Virus record (IMG/VR): IMGVR_UViG_3300011335_000149
Span: 1-34,345 of that record
DNA length: 34,345 nucleotides
Origin: a virus
Taxonomy: Duplodnaviria; Caudoviricetes
Strand: one strand, 5' to 3'
A program made the translations under genes and the position numbers. Numbering within the stretch: the stretch's first letter is position 1; each line of letters starts with the position of its first letter. Shown here in pieces: positions 25,103 to 33,874 of this stretch. Below the pieces are notes generated by a model. The model was not told where the DNA came from. It did not search any database and saw only the letters and a program-made list of their open reading frames with translations.

Positions 25103-27417
25103 TGAACGGCCTCCACGCCGACCACCATTCCATCAGGGCCGCGAATGACCCGCTTGGGTGCGGTCAGCTTTTGCATGGCAGCGCCAATGTTCTGCATGGA
25201 TTCGCCGTGCAGATTTGCCATGTTGTCGTGCAAAGCAGTGATCTTGTCCATTGCCTGGACGATTGTGCCGCCCAGTTCGTTGGTTATTTGTGCAGCCGCT
25301 GCTTCAACCACCGGTAGGTCGATTCCAGGGTTGCTACCAATGCGAGCCACCATGATTTTGGTCGCTGCATCCAGTTCGGCTTTCCATCGTTCATATTCTT
25401 CCTTACCGGCCATTTCACGGGCCTTTATCTGCAATTCGTTATTTTGCTTGGCAGTCTCAAAGTCAGCTTTCATCTGCGCCAATTGCATTTCTGCTTGCAT
25501 TTTGGCTTGGTGCATCTGCATTTCAAGCTGCGCCTTGCCTTGTTCGATTTGGGCCTGCGCCTGCATTTTCATTTGCTCAGTTTGCGCTTGCGCTTGCATC
25601 TTCATCTGTTCTGCCTGTTGGTCAGCTTGGATTTGCATCATCTCAGGCGGCGGGCCAGCCGGTTGCTGTTTAGCCATTGCCGCCTTTTCTTCCAAGGCTT
25701 TCATGGCGCGTTCAACTGCGCTTTCCAGCCCGCGACCGGCGCGGAATCGGCGCACCAAGAACAGCAGCATCTCAGATGCCATTGGCAGGGTTTCGGGCGC
25801 TGCGCTAATCATGGGGATTGCTTCACGCAAAAACAGTCCAATGGCTTGGATGGCCTCTTGTGCGCCTTGTTTCTCAGCTTGTTCGTCAATCTGCGCCAAG
25901 CTGTCGGCTTCAACCGCAATGTGGAAATCGCGGATGGTGCTGTTGGACAGCATTTGCACAGCGGCTTGCAGCAGTTGCGGGTCTTGCCCATCGGGTGTGT
26001 CCATCACACCAGACATCTGCACAATCAACTCAGGCGGGTAAAACTTGCAAATTACTTGCGCCTTCAGTTTGAAGATGTCAGACGCAAACCGCGCCACATC
26101 GCCTTGGCTGCTTCGCATCCGCAAGCTGCCAAAGTTGGCCTTTAGCTGCTGTGCGCCAAGGGTTTCTTGGGCTTTGGATGCACCGCGCAGGATGTCCGAA
26201 ATGCCCATGATTTCGTAGATGGCTTGCTTGACTTGCTCCCGTGCGGCGTACAGTTCCCGCAATGTAACAATGATGGTTGAGGTGTCCATCATGTCGATAG
26301 CGCCCTTCAAGCCGCCCTTTTCGCTCATTGCCGCCCATGCGGTCACGGGGAACAGCTTGTTGTCCACGCCTTCGGTGAACAAACGGCCCAATTCCTTAAA
26401 TTCGGCATTGAACACACCGACCGCTTTACAAGCCTTGGTCAGCAAGTAAATGCGCTGGGTCAGATTGTCCAGTTCCTGCGCTTGATCTTCGTATTCAGCA
26501 TAGTCCGGCACGGGGATCATCGTCCCTGTGGTGGTGGTCGCCATCAGCGGGCGCGGGCAAGGGAAAAATTCTTCCAGTTCCAGCGGATCGTCGCGCTCAT
26601 CTAGCGCCTGTGGATAACCTTTGGCAACCCAACAGACTTTGCCGGTGCGCTTGTTCCAAATCTCAAAAACCTTGGCTTTTTTGTCGTAGGTGTTGCGGGC
26701 GGTCATTGGATTTTTGGCATCCATGTCCGTGTTGCTGCTGTCTAAACCCACATTCTTAAAGACATCGCCAAAACGCTCAATGCCCTCATCCTTGGTCATG
26801 TAGACGGCGCGGGCCACCCACCAAACTTCGTCCCATGTGCGGGCAGGGCTGTGCAGGAAATCTGTCCAATAGACGTAATCAATGGGGCTGTGCGCCGCAT
26901 CAATGCGCTCTGTTGGTTCTTCTTGGCTGTTGTAAATCTGCGCTTCGCCTGGTTCTTCTACATCAACGGCGGCCTCGCTTACTTCAGGCCGTTCATTGAC
27001 AATTACCGGCTCATAGCGAATCCACGCCGTACCGCGACCAGGCAGCAATCGGTCTTCCACCACGCCGCGCATGGCTTGGTCAAAGTCGCCGAATTGGAGG
27101 GTTTCGTACTCCATCACCCGTTCCAACATCGTGGATGCCAACCGACCAACGGGGTCTTGATCCATGTATCGACGGGAGACTTCGGGCTTGGCTTGCCTGC
27201 CGTACAGCGCAGGAAACAACACTTGAATGTTTGACCACAAAATGTTGTAGCGAACACGGGGCATTTCTACCGCATCGCGCTCATCCCGATAGCGCTTGAT
27301 GATCTTATGTCCGCGCTTTTCCCACTTTTCAAAGACCTTTTGGGCGGCCTCTATTTGGTCGTGCCAATACGGGCCAGGGTCATCGCCCTCGTATGCACCC
27401 ATTTCTTGATAAGCCAT
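25099..27417 (-). CDS. Portal protein
   Basis: 772 aa after terminase; YNILWSN...PALY, EIMGISDILRG, ETLGAQQLK; Q-rich C-terminal barrel as in P22-like portals. Confidence 0.88.
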   Translation of the reverse strand: MAYQEMGAYEGDDPGPYWHDQIEAAQKVFEKWEKRGHKIIKRYRDERDAVEMPRVRYNILWSNIQVLFPALYGRQAKPEVSRRYMDQDPVGRLASTMLERVMEYETLQFGDFDQAMRGVVEDRLLPGRGTAWIRYEPVIVNERPEVSEAAVDVEEPGEAQIYNSQEEPTERIDAAHSPIDYVYWTDFLHSPARTWDEVWWVARAVYMTKDEGIERFGDVFKNVGLDSSNTDMDAKNPMTARNTYDKKAKVFEIWNKRTGKVCWVAKGYPQALDERDDPLELEEFFPCPRPLMATTTTGTMIPVPDYAEYEDQAQELDNLTQRIYLLTKACKAVGVFNAEFKELGRLFTEGVDNKLFPVTAWAAMSEKGGLKGAIDMMDTSTIIVTLRELYAAREQVKQAIYEIMGISDILRGASKAQETLGAQQLKANFGSLRMRSSQGDVARFASDIFKLKAQVICKFYPPELIVQMSGVMDTPDGQDPQLLQAAVQMLSNSTIRDFHIAVEADSLAQIDEQAEKQGAQEAIQAIGLFLREAIPMISAAPETLPMASEMLLFLVRRFRAGRGLESAVERAMKALEEKAAMAKQQPAGPPPEMMQIQADQQAEQMKMQAQAQTEQMKMQAQAQIEQGKAQLEMQMHQAKMQAEMQLAQMKADFETAKQNNELQIKAREMAGKEEYERWKAELDAATKIMVARIGSNPGIDLPVVEAAAAQITNELGGTIVQAMDKITALHDNMANLHGESMQNIGAAMQKLTAPKRVIRGPDGMVVGVEAVQ

Positions 27418-27695
27418 CAGCTACCCGCAGCAAAGAAGAATGTAACGTCCAATGCGCTGCCACCAATCGTAGCGTAGAGGCTTACGCCCACATTGGCGGG
27501 GAATCGGTGAAACCCGATGGCGGGTGTAATCGTGCCGGACATCACTTCGCCGCCGGAACCGCCATTGCGTAGCACCAAAGTGCCGCTAGTTGTGTTGTTG
27601 ACGTAAAAGCCAATCAATTGGCACGGGCCAGGCGTTACTGCGCCGGTTGCTGTAATGTTCTTGTATCCACCTACTTCGGCTACGGGTTGGCTCAT
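27417..27695 (-). CDS. Small beta-rich hypothetical protein between terminase and portal
   Basis: GGAGA SD; ATGA and TGATG coupling. Confidence 0.7.
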   Translation of the reverse strand: MSQPVAEVGGYKNITATGAVTPGPCQLIGFYVNNTTSGTLVLRNGGSGGEVMSGTITPAIGFHRFPANVGVSLYATIGGSALDVTFFFAAGS

Positions 27696-29014
27696 ATTCG
27701 TTCTCCACGATGTCGTTGCGTGTCATATTCCCACAACTCATCCAATGTGATGGTTTGCAGGGTCTTGCCCTTGGGCGGCGTTTGATCTCTAGCCTCTTGC
27801 CGGTAGGCCACGGCTAACATTCTAAATGCATCCGCTGGGTGTGAACACCAATCATGGCGGGGATTTTGTCGAAATGCCTTCTTGTCCTCGTCGTATTCCC
27901 GCTGATATTGGCGCAGCGCCTCCAGCCCTTCCTCACAGCTTGGGTCGAAATAGCACCGAGGCAGCACCATCCTGACCGCTTGGATGCCGTCTTGGATGCC
28001 AATCTCAGGCACGATTGCAAGTTTGCTCATACCGCCAAGGTGGGCCGCAAGCTGTTCCACAATGGATTTGCCGCCCGATGCCAGCGTCTTTGCCCGTGCG
28101 TCATGCGGTAGGTAGTGTTTAGTGTACCGATAGCCCTTGTCGATTACCACTTGGGCTATGTCCTCAATGCCTGCGCCTGATACGGCGTAATAGTCCATGA
28201 CCCTGATCTCGCCTCGGATCACTTGATAGAACCACACCGCCGTGTCATCGCGGTAACCCAAATCCCAGGCGCTGTATACCGGCGCATCAGGGTCAAACGC
28301 CAATTCGCGGATTCGGCCCTCATGGTCAACCAAGCGCATCTCTTGCCCGTAGTAAGCGCCCATGATTGCCGCATCAAAGCTGCATTCGTATTCTTGGTCG
28401 AATTGGTCTTGGCTTAACTGCGCCCTTGCCGCCGCCAGTTCGGAATTAGGCAAGATTTTGCTTACAGATGCCGGTAACCGCAGCAAAAACCAATCCGGCG
28501 TTGCTTGGCTGACTTTGTAAATGTCGTGAAACTGGTTTTTTCCCTTGGGAGTGCCGCCAAAGACCGCCCAACCCAACCGGTCGGACAGCGTAGGCCGAAT
28601 GACATTGCCCCAAACCGAAGGTCGGAAGTCGCCGTATTCGTCAAGATAGACCCCATTGAAACCCATCCCGCGCATGGCATCAGCATTGTCACCGCCAAAC
28701 AGCATGATTTTTGCGCCGTTTATGAGTTCCACCATCAGGTCGGATTCATTGCTTGTGCTGGTGATGGGCGCGGCGTAGTGCTTAAGGTAATCCCATGCCA
28801 CCCGCTTGGCCTGGCTGCGGAATGGCGCAATGTAAGCATACTGTGCGCCTCGATGTCCTTCTGTAATTGCCCGCTTGATCACATCATTGATTGCCGCCAC
28901 AGTCTTACCGGCCCGTCTATGGGCAACTAGGCAACTCCAGCGGGTTGTTCTATTGTGGAACGGCATAAATGCGTCCCGAGGGCTATACGGCAGGATTATT
29001 TCCCGTTTGCCCAT
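27692..29014 (-). CDS. terL: Terminase large subunit
   Basis: Walker A HRRAGKT, Walker B VYLDE, GTPKG, AWDLG..D nuclease motif, HDWCSHPADAFR. Confidence 0.95.
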   Translation of the reverse strand: MGKREIILPYSPRDAFMPFHNRTTRWSCLVAHRRAGKTVAAINDVIKRAITEGHRGAQYAYIAPFRSQAKRVAWDYLKHYAAPITSTSNESDLMVELINGAKIMLFGGDNADAMRGMGFNGVYLDEYGDFRPSVWGNVIRPTLSDRLGWAVFGGTPKGKNQFHDIYKVSQATPDWFLLRLPASVSKILPNSELAAARAQLSQDQFDQEYECSFDAAIMGAYYGQEMRLVDHEGRIRELAFDPDAPVYSAWDLGYRDDTAVWFYQVIRGEIRVMDYYAVSGAGIEDIAQVVIDKGYRYTKHYLPHDARAKTLASGGKSIVEQLAAHLGGMSKLAIVPEIGIQDGIQAVRMVLPRCYFDPSCEEGLEALRQYQREYDEDKKAFRQNPRHDWCSHPADAFRMLAVAYRQEARDQTPPKGKTLQTITLDELWEYDTQRHRGERI

Positions 29015-29313
29015 GTCACTACCATTTCCACCGGCCCTTGGTCTGCGCCTGTGACTTCAGTCCTTGCCAGCTTGGGCACATGGTATTCGACCACCGATTG
29101 GAACAGTTCAAACGCCTTTGCCGGATTGGGCTTGATGTCATGCTCGGGATCGCCGTATGCGACCGTATCAAGCCATTCGGTCAGTCTATGGGCATTGCCA
29201 TCAACAAACAGCGCAATGGCCTCACGCGCTTGTTGTGTGGCCTTGTTGGGTGTTCCACCCGTGCGACCGCCTGTTTTCTTTCTAGTTTTGCCTACTTTAG
29301 ATTCTGAAGTCAT
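28996..29313 (-). CDS. terS: Terminase small subunit
   Basis: KKTGGRTGGTPNK N-terminal motif, EY..PKLARTEVTG; directly upstream of terL. Confidence 0.75.
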   Translation of the reverse strand: MTSESKVGKTRKKTGGRTGGTPNKATQQAREAIALFVDGNAHRLTEWLDTVAYGDPEHDIKPNPAKAFELFQSVVEYHVPKLARTEVTGADQGPVEMVVTWANGK

Positions 29314-29327
29314 ATAGAACCCATTCT

Positions 29328-30041
29328 TTATGGCTTTTTTGTTATTTGGGAATAGTTGGAGTCTAAAGCCAACTGGTTTAATGTTGAACCTTTGGCATTG
29401 ATTGCTTGCAAGTCAACGGGCAACGTTGTCATTCCTAATTTTTTTGCCGCTGCAACTCTATGGTGACCATCAACAATTCTTAGTTCACCATCAGAAAAAA
29501 CAGAAACTTGAATAGGTTTAGAAAAATCCATGTTGGCGGCTACTTCATCAGAAACATCTGCAACTTCTCCAGCGTTCATACGTTTCAAATTGCCAATATT
29601 TATTGATGTAATCTCAGGAACTTTTTGATGGTATTTTGTTGCATCATCAAAAATATTTTTCTCAATCAGCTTAGTGCTTGCACCTACCGGCAAGCCTTCT
29701 GTGGCGCGAATAGCTTTGCCAGCAAACGGTGCAATTGCCAGCGCAGCGCCAATGGTTTCGTCCTTTGGGCGGTAAGTCATGCCTTTGCCTGTTCCAATTG
29801 CATTGCCGTAAGACAAGGCATCGGCGGTCTTTTGGACATCGCCCATTTGAAGCAAATCCAACACTTTTTTGCGATTTGCCGCTAGAAAATCAATGCCAGG
29901 CACGCCTATGCGGGGCATTTCCGGCAGCTTATAGGCCATGCCCAATAAATCAGCAACACCGCCCAACACCGGATTTCTTGGTGTGGCCTGTATTGTGTCG
30001 CTGTTGGTCAGCGCACCAGCTAATTGTCGGTAATCAGCCAT
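29328..30041 (-). CDS. Protein with virion-like N-terminus and C-terminal ParB/Srx-like domain
   Basis: PIQV....GELRIVDGHHRVAAAKKLG ParB/Srx motif. Confidence 0.75.
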   Translation of the reverse strand: MADYRQLAGALTNSDTIQATPRNPVLGGVADLLGMAYKLPEMPRIGVPGIDFLAANRKKVLDLLQMGDVQKTADALSYGNAIGTGKGMTYRPKDETIGAALAIAPFAGKAIRATEGLPVGASTKLIEKNIFDDATKYHQKVPEITSINIGNLKRMNAGEVADVSDEVAANMDFSKPIQVSVFSDGELRIVDGHHRVAAAKKLGMTTLPVDLQAINAKGSTLNQLALDSNYSQITKKP

Positions 30042-30190
30042 TATTTTTTCTTTGGCGGCGGTGCTTTGGCTTGGTCATCCTTGTTGTATTCCTTTGCCAC
30101 CTTAACAGGAATACCTGCCATTTTTGCAAATTTTGGGTTGTGGGCGGCTGCTGCCATGAATTTGGCTTGTTTGTCGCTAGTGCTCGGCAT
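30041..30190 (-). CDS. Small basic protein, 49 aa (MPSTSDKQAKFMAAAAHNPKFAKMAGIP...)
   Basis: Translated by hand; AAGGA SD; TAATG coupling. Confidence 0.7.
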   Translation of the reverse strand: MPSTSDKQAKFMAAAAHNPKFAKMAGIPVKVAKEYNKDDQAKAPPPKKK

Positions 30191-30860
30191 ATGCGTCCTT
30201 CATCTTAATTAGGCCGTCCAACATACGGCTCTTGGTGTTGAACCACGGTTTACTGTAGTCGCAATTGGCGTAGTGGTCAAATTCCGGTATGCCCAGCGTG
30301 TAATGCGCGATTTTTGTCCACAGATGGTCGTGTTCGCCCACCAACACGTTCCATTCCCTTGGCAAGTCGCCAATCAATGAGTCGGGCAACCATTGGAATC
30401 GGTGCAGTTCTTCGCCGCTGGATTCCTCAATGAATTCCGGTGTCAGCACCCTGTTGCGGTTGTGTTCGCAGTTCCACAGCATCAGGCTTGACCAGTTTTT
30501 TCTCGGATAATCGCCGTTTCGGGCTTCCATCGGTGTGCCAATGTACTTCCTTGGGTGCTTGGTCTGATAGTCGTGTTTGACCACCTGGACGGCATAGCGC
30601 GCATCGAACAGGCTTTCCAAATCTTCAATGTCTGCCAGCATGAGCATATCGCTGCCATCCAAGAATATGGCCTTGCCTTGGAATCCGCACAAGAATGGGA
30701 CTAAAAACCGCTGGTAGGTGAATGCGTTTGTGCCGTCACGCTGCTTGCCAGACAAGGGCGTTATGCTGACCAGCCCCTTTGTGCGCTCTATGACCGATTG
30801 GCAGAATACATGGTAACCCACGGCTTCCCGAGGATCGTATCCTGCAAATATGCGGATCAT
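30177..30860 (-). CDS. GT-A fold (GT8-like) phage glycosyltransferase
   Basis: IFAGYDPRE, FTYQRFLVP, FLDGSDML, YPRKNWSSLMLWNC, LPREWN.LVG, HYTLG.P. Confidence 0.85.
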   Translation of the reverse strand: MIRIFAGYDPREAVGYHVFCQSVIERTKGLVSITPLSGKQRDGTNAFTYQRFLVPFLCGFQGKAIFLDGSDMLMLADIEDLESLFDARYAVQVVKHDYQTKHPRKYIGTPMEARNGDYPRKNWSSLMLWNCEHNRNRVLTPEFIEESSGEELHRFQWLPDSLIGDLPREWNVLVGEHDHLWTKIAHYTLGIPEFDHYANCDYSKPWFNTKSRMLDGLIKMKDAYAEH

Positions 30861-31213
30861 TTGAGGGTTAGCTTGTAAATCGTAGAGTCCACCAGCGCGG
30901 CAATTTCGTCCACGATGTTTTGCAATTCGCTGTCTTCCGGCAAAGCCACGCGATTCTTGTCAATGAAAGCCTTGATGCTTGCCATGTACTTCTGCGGGTC
31001 TTTGGCGTTGTGGAAGTTTTCGGGGTAATCCTTGATTTTTTCGTAACAACCGGCGTATGCCTCGGCAAATTGGTCGGTCAGTTCAATGATTTCTGTGTAA
31101 TACGCGCCCAATGCCATGTGTACGGCAAAGCTGTCGGTCGCCAAGTGCATGAAATGGGTAACCGTGCCGCTGTGCAGCATGGTTGAAATAAAGTCCGCGA
31201 CATTCTTTTTCAT
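30857..31213 (-). CDS. Ferritin/Dps-like protein
   Basis: H..H....F..H.AL..YY......D.FAE.Y.G pattern; LQNIVDEI....T.YKL. Confidence 0.75.
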   Translation of the reverse strand: MKKNVADFISTMLHSGTVTHFMHLATDSFAVHMALGAYYTEIIELTDQFAEAYAGCYEKIKDYPENFHNAKDPQKYMASIKAFIDKNRVALPEDSELQNIVDEIAALVDSTIYKLTLK

Positions 31214-31548
31214 AGTGCCACCTCTAAAGCCCCATTGTAAGGCAATGGTACGTCTTTAGGCCATTGCCCCATGCTGGTTAATGCGTCCACAGTCCTTTGG
31301 TGCGCCTTGTTCCACATCTGCTGGCGCTGATTCTTGTCCAAATTTGCGCCTTGGTCAATCTCAAAATGGCAATGTAAGCACAGCGCAGCCACTAAATTAT
31401 CGTCGGCTTTAATGCCCCGACCTTTGCCGCCGCCCCAATTTGTATGTGCCGCCTGCACCATGTTGCCTGACCCGCAGCATTGGCAATCAAGGCTTGCCAC
31501 TAATTTCAGCAGCTTTTTGCTTCTGACGTATGCGTGTTTTTGTAGCAA
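31210..31548 (-). CDS. Zn-binding HNH-like/nin-region nuclease (DUF968/YbcO-like)
   Basis: CQCCG...AAH...GRGIKADD..VAALCLHCH. Confidence 0.75.
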   Translation of the reverse strand: MLQKHAYVRSKKLLKLVASLDCQCCGSGNMVQAAHTNWGGGKGRGIKADDNLVAALCLHCHFEIDQGANLDKNQRQQMWNKAHQRTVDALTSMGQWPKDVPLPYNGALEVAL

Positions 31549-31675
31549 TTACAGTCTCCAAGGTAGTGAATCGGTGCATATTGGCGCATTCAATTCGGCG
31601 GCGGCGGGTGTTGCCAGCTTCCAATCGCGTCTCTTTCACGATTGTCCACGTCCCGCACACGGGGCACTTAATCAT
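31487..31675 (-). CDS. Zinc-ribbon protein (NrdR N-terminal/Ogr-Delta-like)
   Basis: CPVCG...V.ETR....RRRRIEC...HRFTTLE. Confidence 0.7.
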   Translation of the reverse strand: MIKCPVCGTWTIVKETRLEAGNTRRRRIECANMHRFTTLETVIATKTRIRQKQKAAEISGKP

Positions 31676-31949
31676 CAACAAAAGCGCGAAATTTCACGCC
31701 TTGTTGTGTGCCAAAGGCTGTGGATAACTCAATCAGTTCGGTCATTTCGGGCACGGTCATCTTGCTGGTTCGCGCACCAATCACGACAAAACCGCCTTCT
31801 ATGCCAGGCACAACCTTTTGTTTTTTAAGCGCAGCGGTCAAAACGTCTTTCCATTCGTCCTTTGTCAGCTTAACACCGTACCACACCACTTGCTGGGCAA
31901 TGTCTTCAAGGTTTGCCCACATCATGCGGTTTTGTTCAAGGCTCCGCAT
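31668..31949 (-). CDS. ninB: NinB/Orf family recombination protein
   Basis: RSLEQN..MWA.L.DIA.QV.W.G..L..DEWK, VPGIEGGFV..G.RTSKM...EM.ELIE. Confidence 0.85.
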   Translation of the reverse strand: MRSLEQNRMMWANLEDIAQQVVWYGVKLTKDEWKDVLTAALKKQKVVPGIEGGFVVIGARTSKMTVPEMTELIELSTAFGTQQGVKFRAFVDD

Positions 31950-32211
31950 TGGCAACCCCAATCATTTGTAAAGCCGCTTGTGGGCTGTCAACCCTGCATA
32001 GCGTGCCACCGGCCCACTTTTCAAAAAAGTCGGCTTGTAGCCCCGTTAAACGCTTTTTAGAGGTGGTTTTGATTTCCATCAAGTAAGTGTGCTGTTGATA
32101 GCCAACCAAAAGGTCAACCGGCAGGCCAATAATCCACACATAAGCGCCAGCCGCCCGCAGCGCAGCAACTATGGCCTGCTGATTTGCGTCAACCCTGGCT
32201 GCGTGTCTCAT
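31936..32211 (-). CDS. VRR-NUC-like PD-(D/E)xK nuclease
   Basis: RVDANQ..IV.ALR..GA, PVDLLVG, LMEIK, LT..Q..F. Confidence 0.8.
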   Translation of the reverse strand: MRHAARVDANQQAIVAALRAAGAYVWIIGLPVDLLVGYQQHTYLMEIKTTSKKRLTGLQADFFEKWAGGTLCRVDSPQAALQMIGVANAEP

Positions 32212-33713
32212 AGCAAAGCATTCACTTGTTGAATTCTTTTGCCAATCCAACCCATCACAGGCACAGCCATTGAGTTGCCCAGCGCTTTGTATCGAGGCCC
32301 GTCAGGGGTTGCCTTGCCCTTTGGCTGGATGTCGGTGTAGTGGTCAGGAAAGCCTTGCAGACGCTCGCATTCCACGGGAGTCAGGCGGCGTACCGCCATT
32401 GCTTGTAATACTGTAGGTTGGTTAATTGCAGGGTTGCCATCTCCGCGCTTTAACGTCATGGTGATATCGCCAGTAATCGTGCCGTTGTAGCAATCTGTGC
32501 CTACTGCCACCGCCATTGGATTCTTGGCTCCCAATGTCTGAGTCATGTCCACATCAGTCTGCGGGTTTGACATTTTTCCGCTGAATGCAATGGGTTGCGC
32601 GACATAAGTTGTGCTTTCATGTTTATCTGCTTTACTTGCGCCTGACCATAAGCAATGCCCAACATCAGGCTTTTCTGATACGCCAAAGGGTAATGGCTGC
32701 GCTACGCCATGTACACCCGTTGCATTCAGCGTGTACATAGGCCCGCCATCAGTAAACCCGTCACCATTGCCGCCATTCTCAGGCTTACGTCCTATGGTGT
32801 TCTCGGCAAGCGCAATGGGTTGCGCCACCGCATGGCTGTGCCCTTTGGTAAGCGTGTAGCTGGGTGCGCCAGCCACAAAGTCACCCATGCTGTGCTTGTC
32901 GCCTCGACCAATGTGGTTCATGGAGTCAATTGGAATTGGCTGGGTGGCTAACAAGTGTCCTTGTTCTCCATCTTGAACACTGTTGTTTCTCCCTGTTCTG
33001 GCGCATAGGCTACCGACTGAAACCACTTGCGAATCGTAGTTCCCGTTATGCCCTATTCCTCTTCCGGGCACTCCTTTGTCAAGGGTTCCTGCGACATCAT
33101 AGTCACTGATAGGAGAGCCTGATGCAACGCTGGCGGCAAAACCTTTTTCCTTTTCTCGGCTCGGCGCAGGATGCCCCTGCAAGCTATGGCGCTCAAAAAG
33201 TACCGCTGCGGCAGGTCGCCAGTCTCCAAAGTATCCGACAACGAACACACGGCGGCGTCGCTGGGCCACTCCGAAATATTGAGCGTCAAGCACCCTGTAT
33301 GCGAACCCATACCCGAGGACTGCCAACCCTCCGAGGAGGGAACCAAAGTCCCGTCCTCCAGCGGAGGACAAAACGCCGGGGACGTTTTCCCAGACCAACC
33401 AGTTGGGGCGATATCGTTTAGCAATGGCAAGATAGGTAAGCATGAGGTTGCCACGCGGGTCATCCAATCCTTTTCTGAGTCCTGCAACTGAGAAAGATTG
33501 GCATGGTGTTCCTCCAACGAAAACATCGACATCTGCATCAGGCCACTCCTTAAATTTGGTCATATCGCCCAAGTTGGGCACGGTTGGGTAATGGTGCTTT
33601 AGCACTTGGCAAGGGAACGGCTCAATTTCCGAATACGCCACCGATTCCCAGCCCAATGGATGCCAAGCGACACTTGCCGCCTCGATCCCGCTGCAAACAC
33701 TAAGAAATTTCAT
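32208..33713 (-). CDS. C5 cytosine DNA methyltransferase with an expanded, repetitive variable region
   Basis: SVCSGIEA (I), GGTPCQSFS (IV), WENV (VI), QRRRRVF (VIII), RRLTPVECERLQGFP and ALGNS. Confidence 0.95.
   Translation of the reverse strand: MKFLSVCSGIEAASVAWHPLGWESVAYSEIEPFPCQVLKHHYPTVPNLGDMTKFKEWPDADVDVFVGGTPCQSFSVAGLRKGLDDPRGNLMLTYLAIAKRYRPNWLVWENVPGVLSSAGGRDFGSLLGGLAVLGYGFAYRVLDAQYFGVAQRRRRVFVVGYFGDWRPAAAVLFERHSLQGHPAPSREKEKGFAASVASGSPISDYDVAGTLDKGVPGRGIGHNGNYDSQVVSVGSLCARTGRNNSVQDGEQGHLLATQPIPIDSMNHIGRGDKHSMGDFVAGAPSYTLTKGHSHAVAQPIALAENTIGRKPENGGNGDGFTDGGPMYTLNATGVHGVAQPLPFGVSEKPDVGHCLWSGASKADKHESTTYVAQPIAFSGKMSNPQTDVDMTQTLGAKNPMAVAVGTDCYNGTITGDITMTLKRGDGNPAINQPTVLQAMAVRRLTPVECERLQGFPDHYTDIQPKGKATPDGPRYKALGNSMAVPVMGWIGKRIQQVNALL
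33053..33538 (-). CDS. Nested alternative-frame gene: putative methyltransferase beta subunit (M.EcoHK31I-type)
   Basis: 161 codons open inside the MTase on the same strand; AAGGAG 7 nt before ATG; SLSDTLETGDLPQRYFLS..AC.GILRRA segment. Confidence 0.65.
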   Translation of the reverse strand: MQMSMFSLEEHHANLSQLQDSEKDWMTRVATSCLPILPLLNDIAPTGWSGKTSPAFCPPLEDGTLVPSSEGWQSSGMGSHTGCLTLNISEWPSDAAVCSLSDTLETGDLPQRYFLSAIACRGILRRAEKRKKVLPPALHQALLSVTMMSQEPLTKECPEEE

Positions 33714-33874
33714 TTTTTCATTTCTTCCAAAACATGGGCCTTGATGCCCGCAAACAAAGCATCTTCATCCATGTGTTGCACTTCGCGCCATGCCCATTCT
33801 TTCCAGGCTGGCAAACGGCATAAACGCACCATGTCGGCAAACACACGGGCGCGGATAGCTTCGGGGTCATACAC
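33710..33874 (-). CDS. Small hypothetical protein (copy of 431..595)
   Basis: Inside the terminal repeat. Confidence 0.7.
   Translation of the reverse strand: MYDPEAIRARVFADMVRLCRLPAWKEWAWREVQHMDEDALFAGIKAHVLEEMKK

Noticed and set aside
25145-26145. Long plus-strand ORFs with CACACIF repeats
   Set aside because: Antisense shadows of the Q/A/M-rich portal barrel.
31936-33713. Methyltransferase plus adjacent nuclease as a restriction-modification pair
   Set aside because: The nuclease is a small VRR-NUC-like nin-region protein typical of phage recombination, so the MTase is more likely an orphan.
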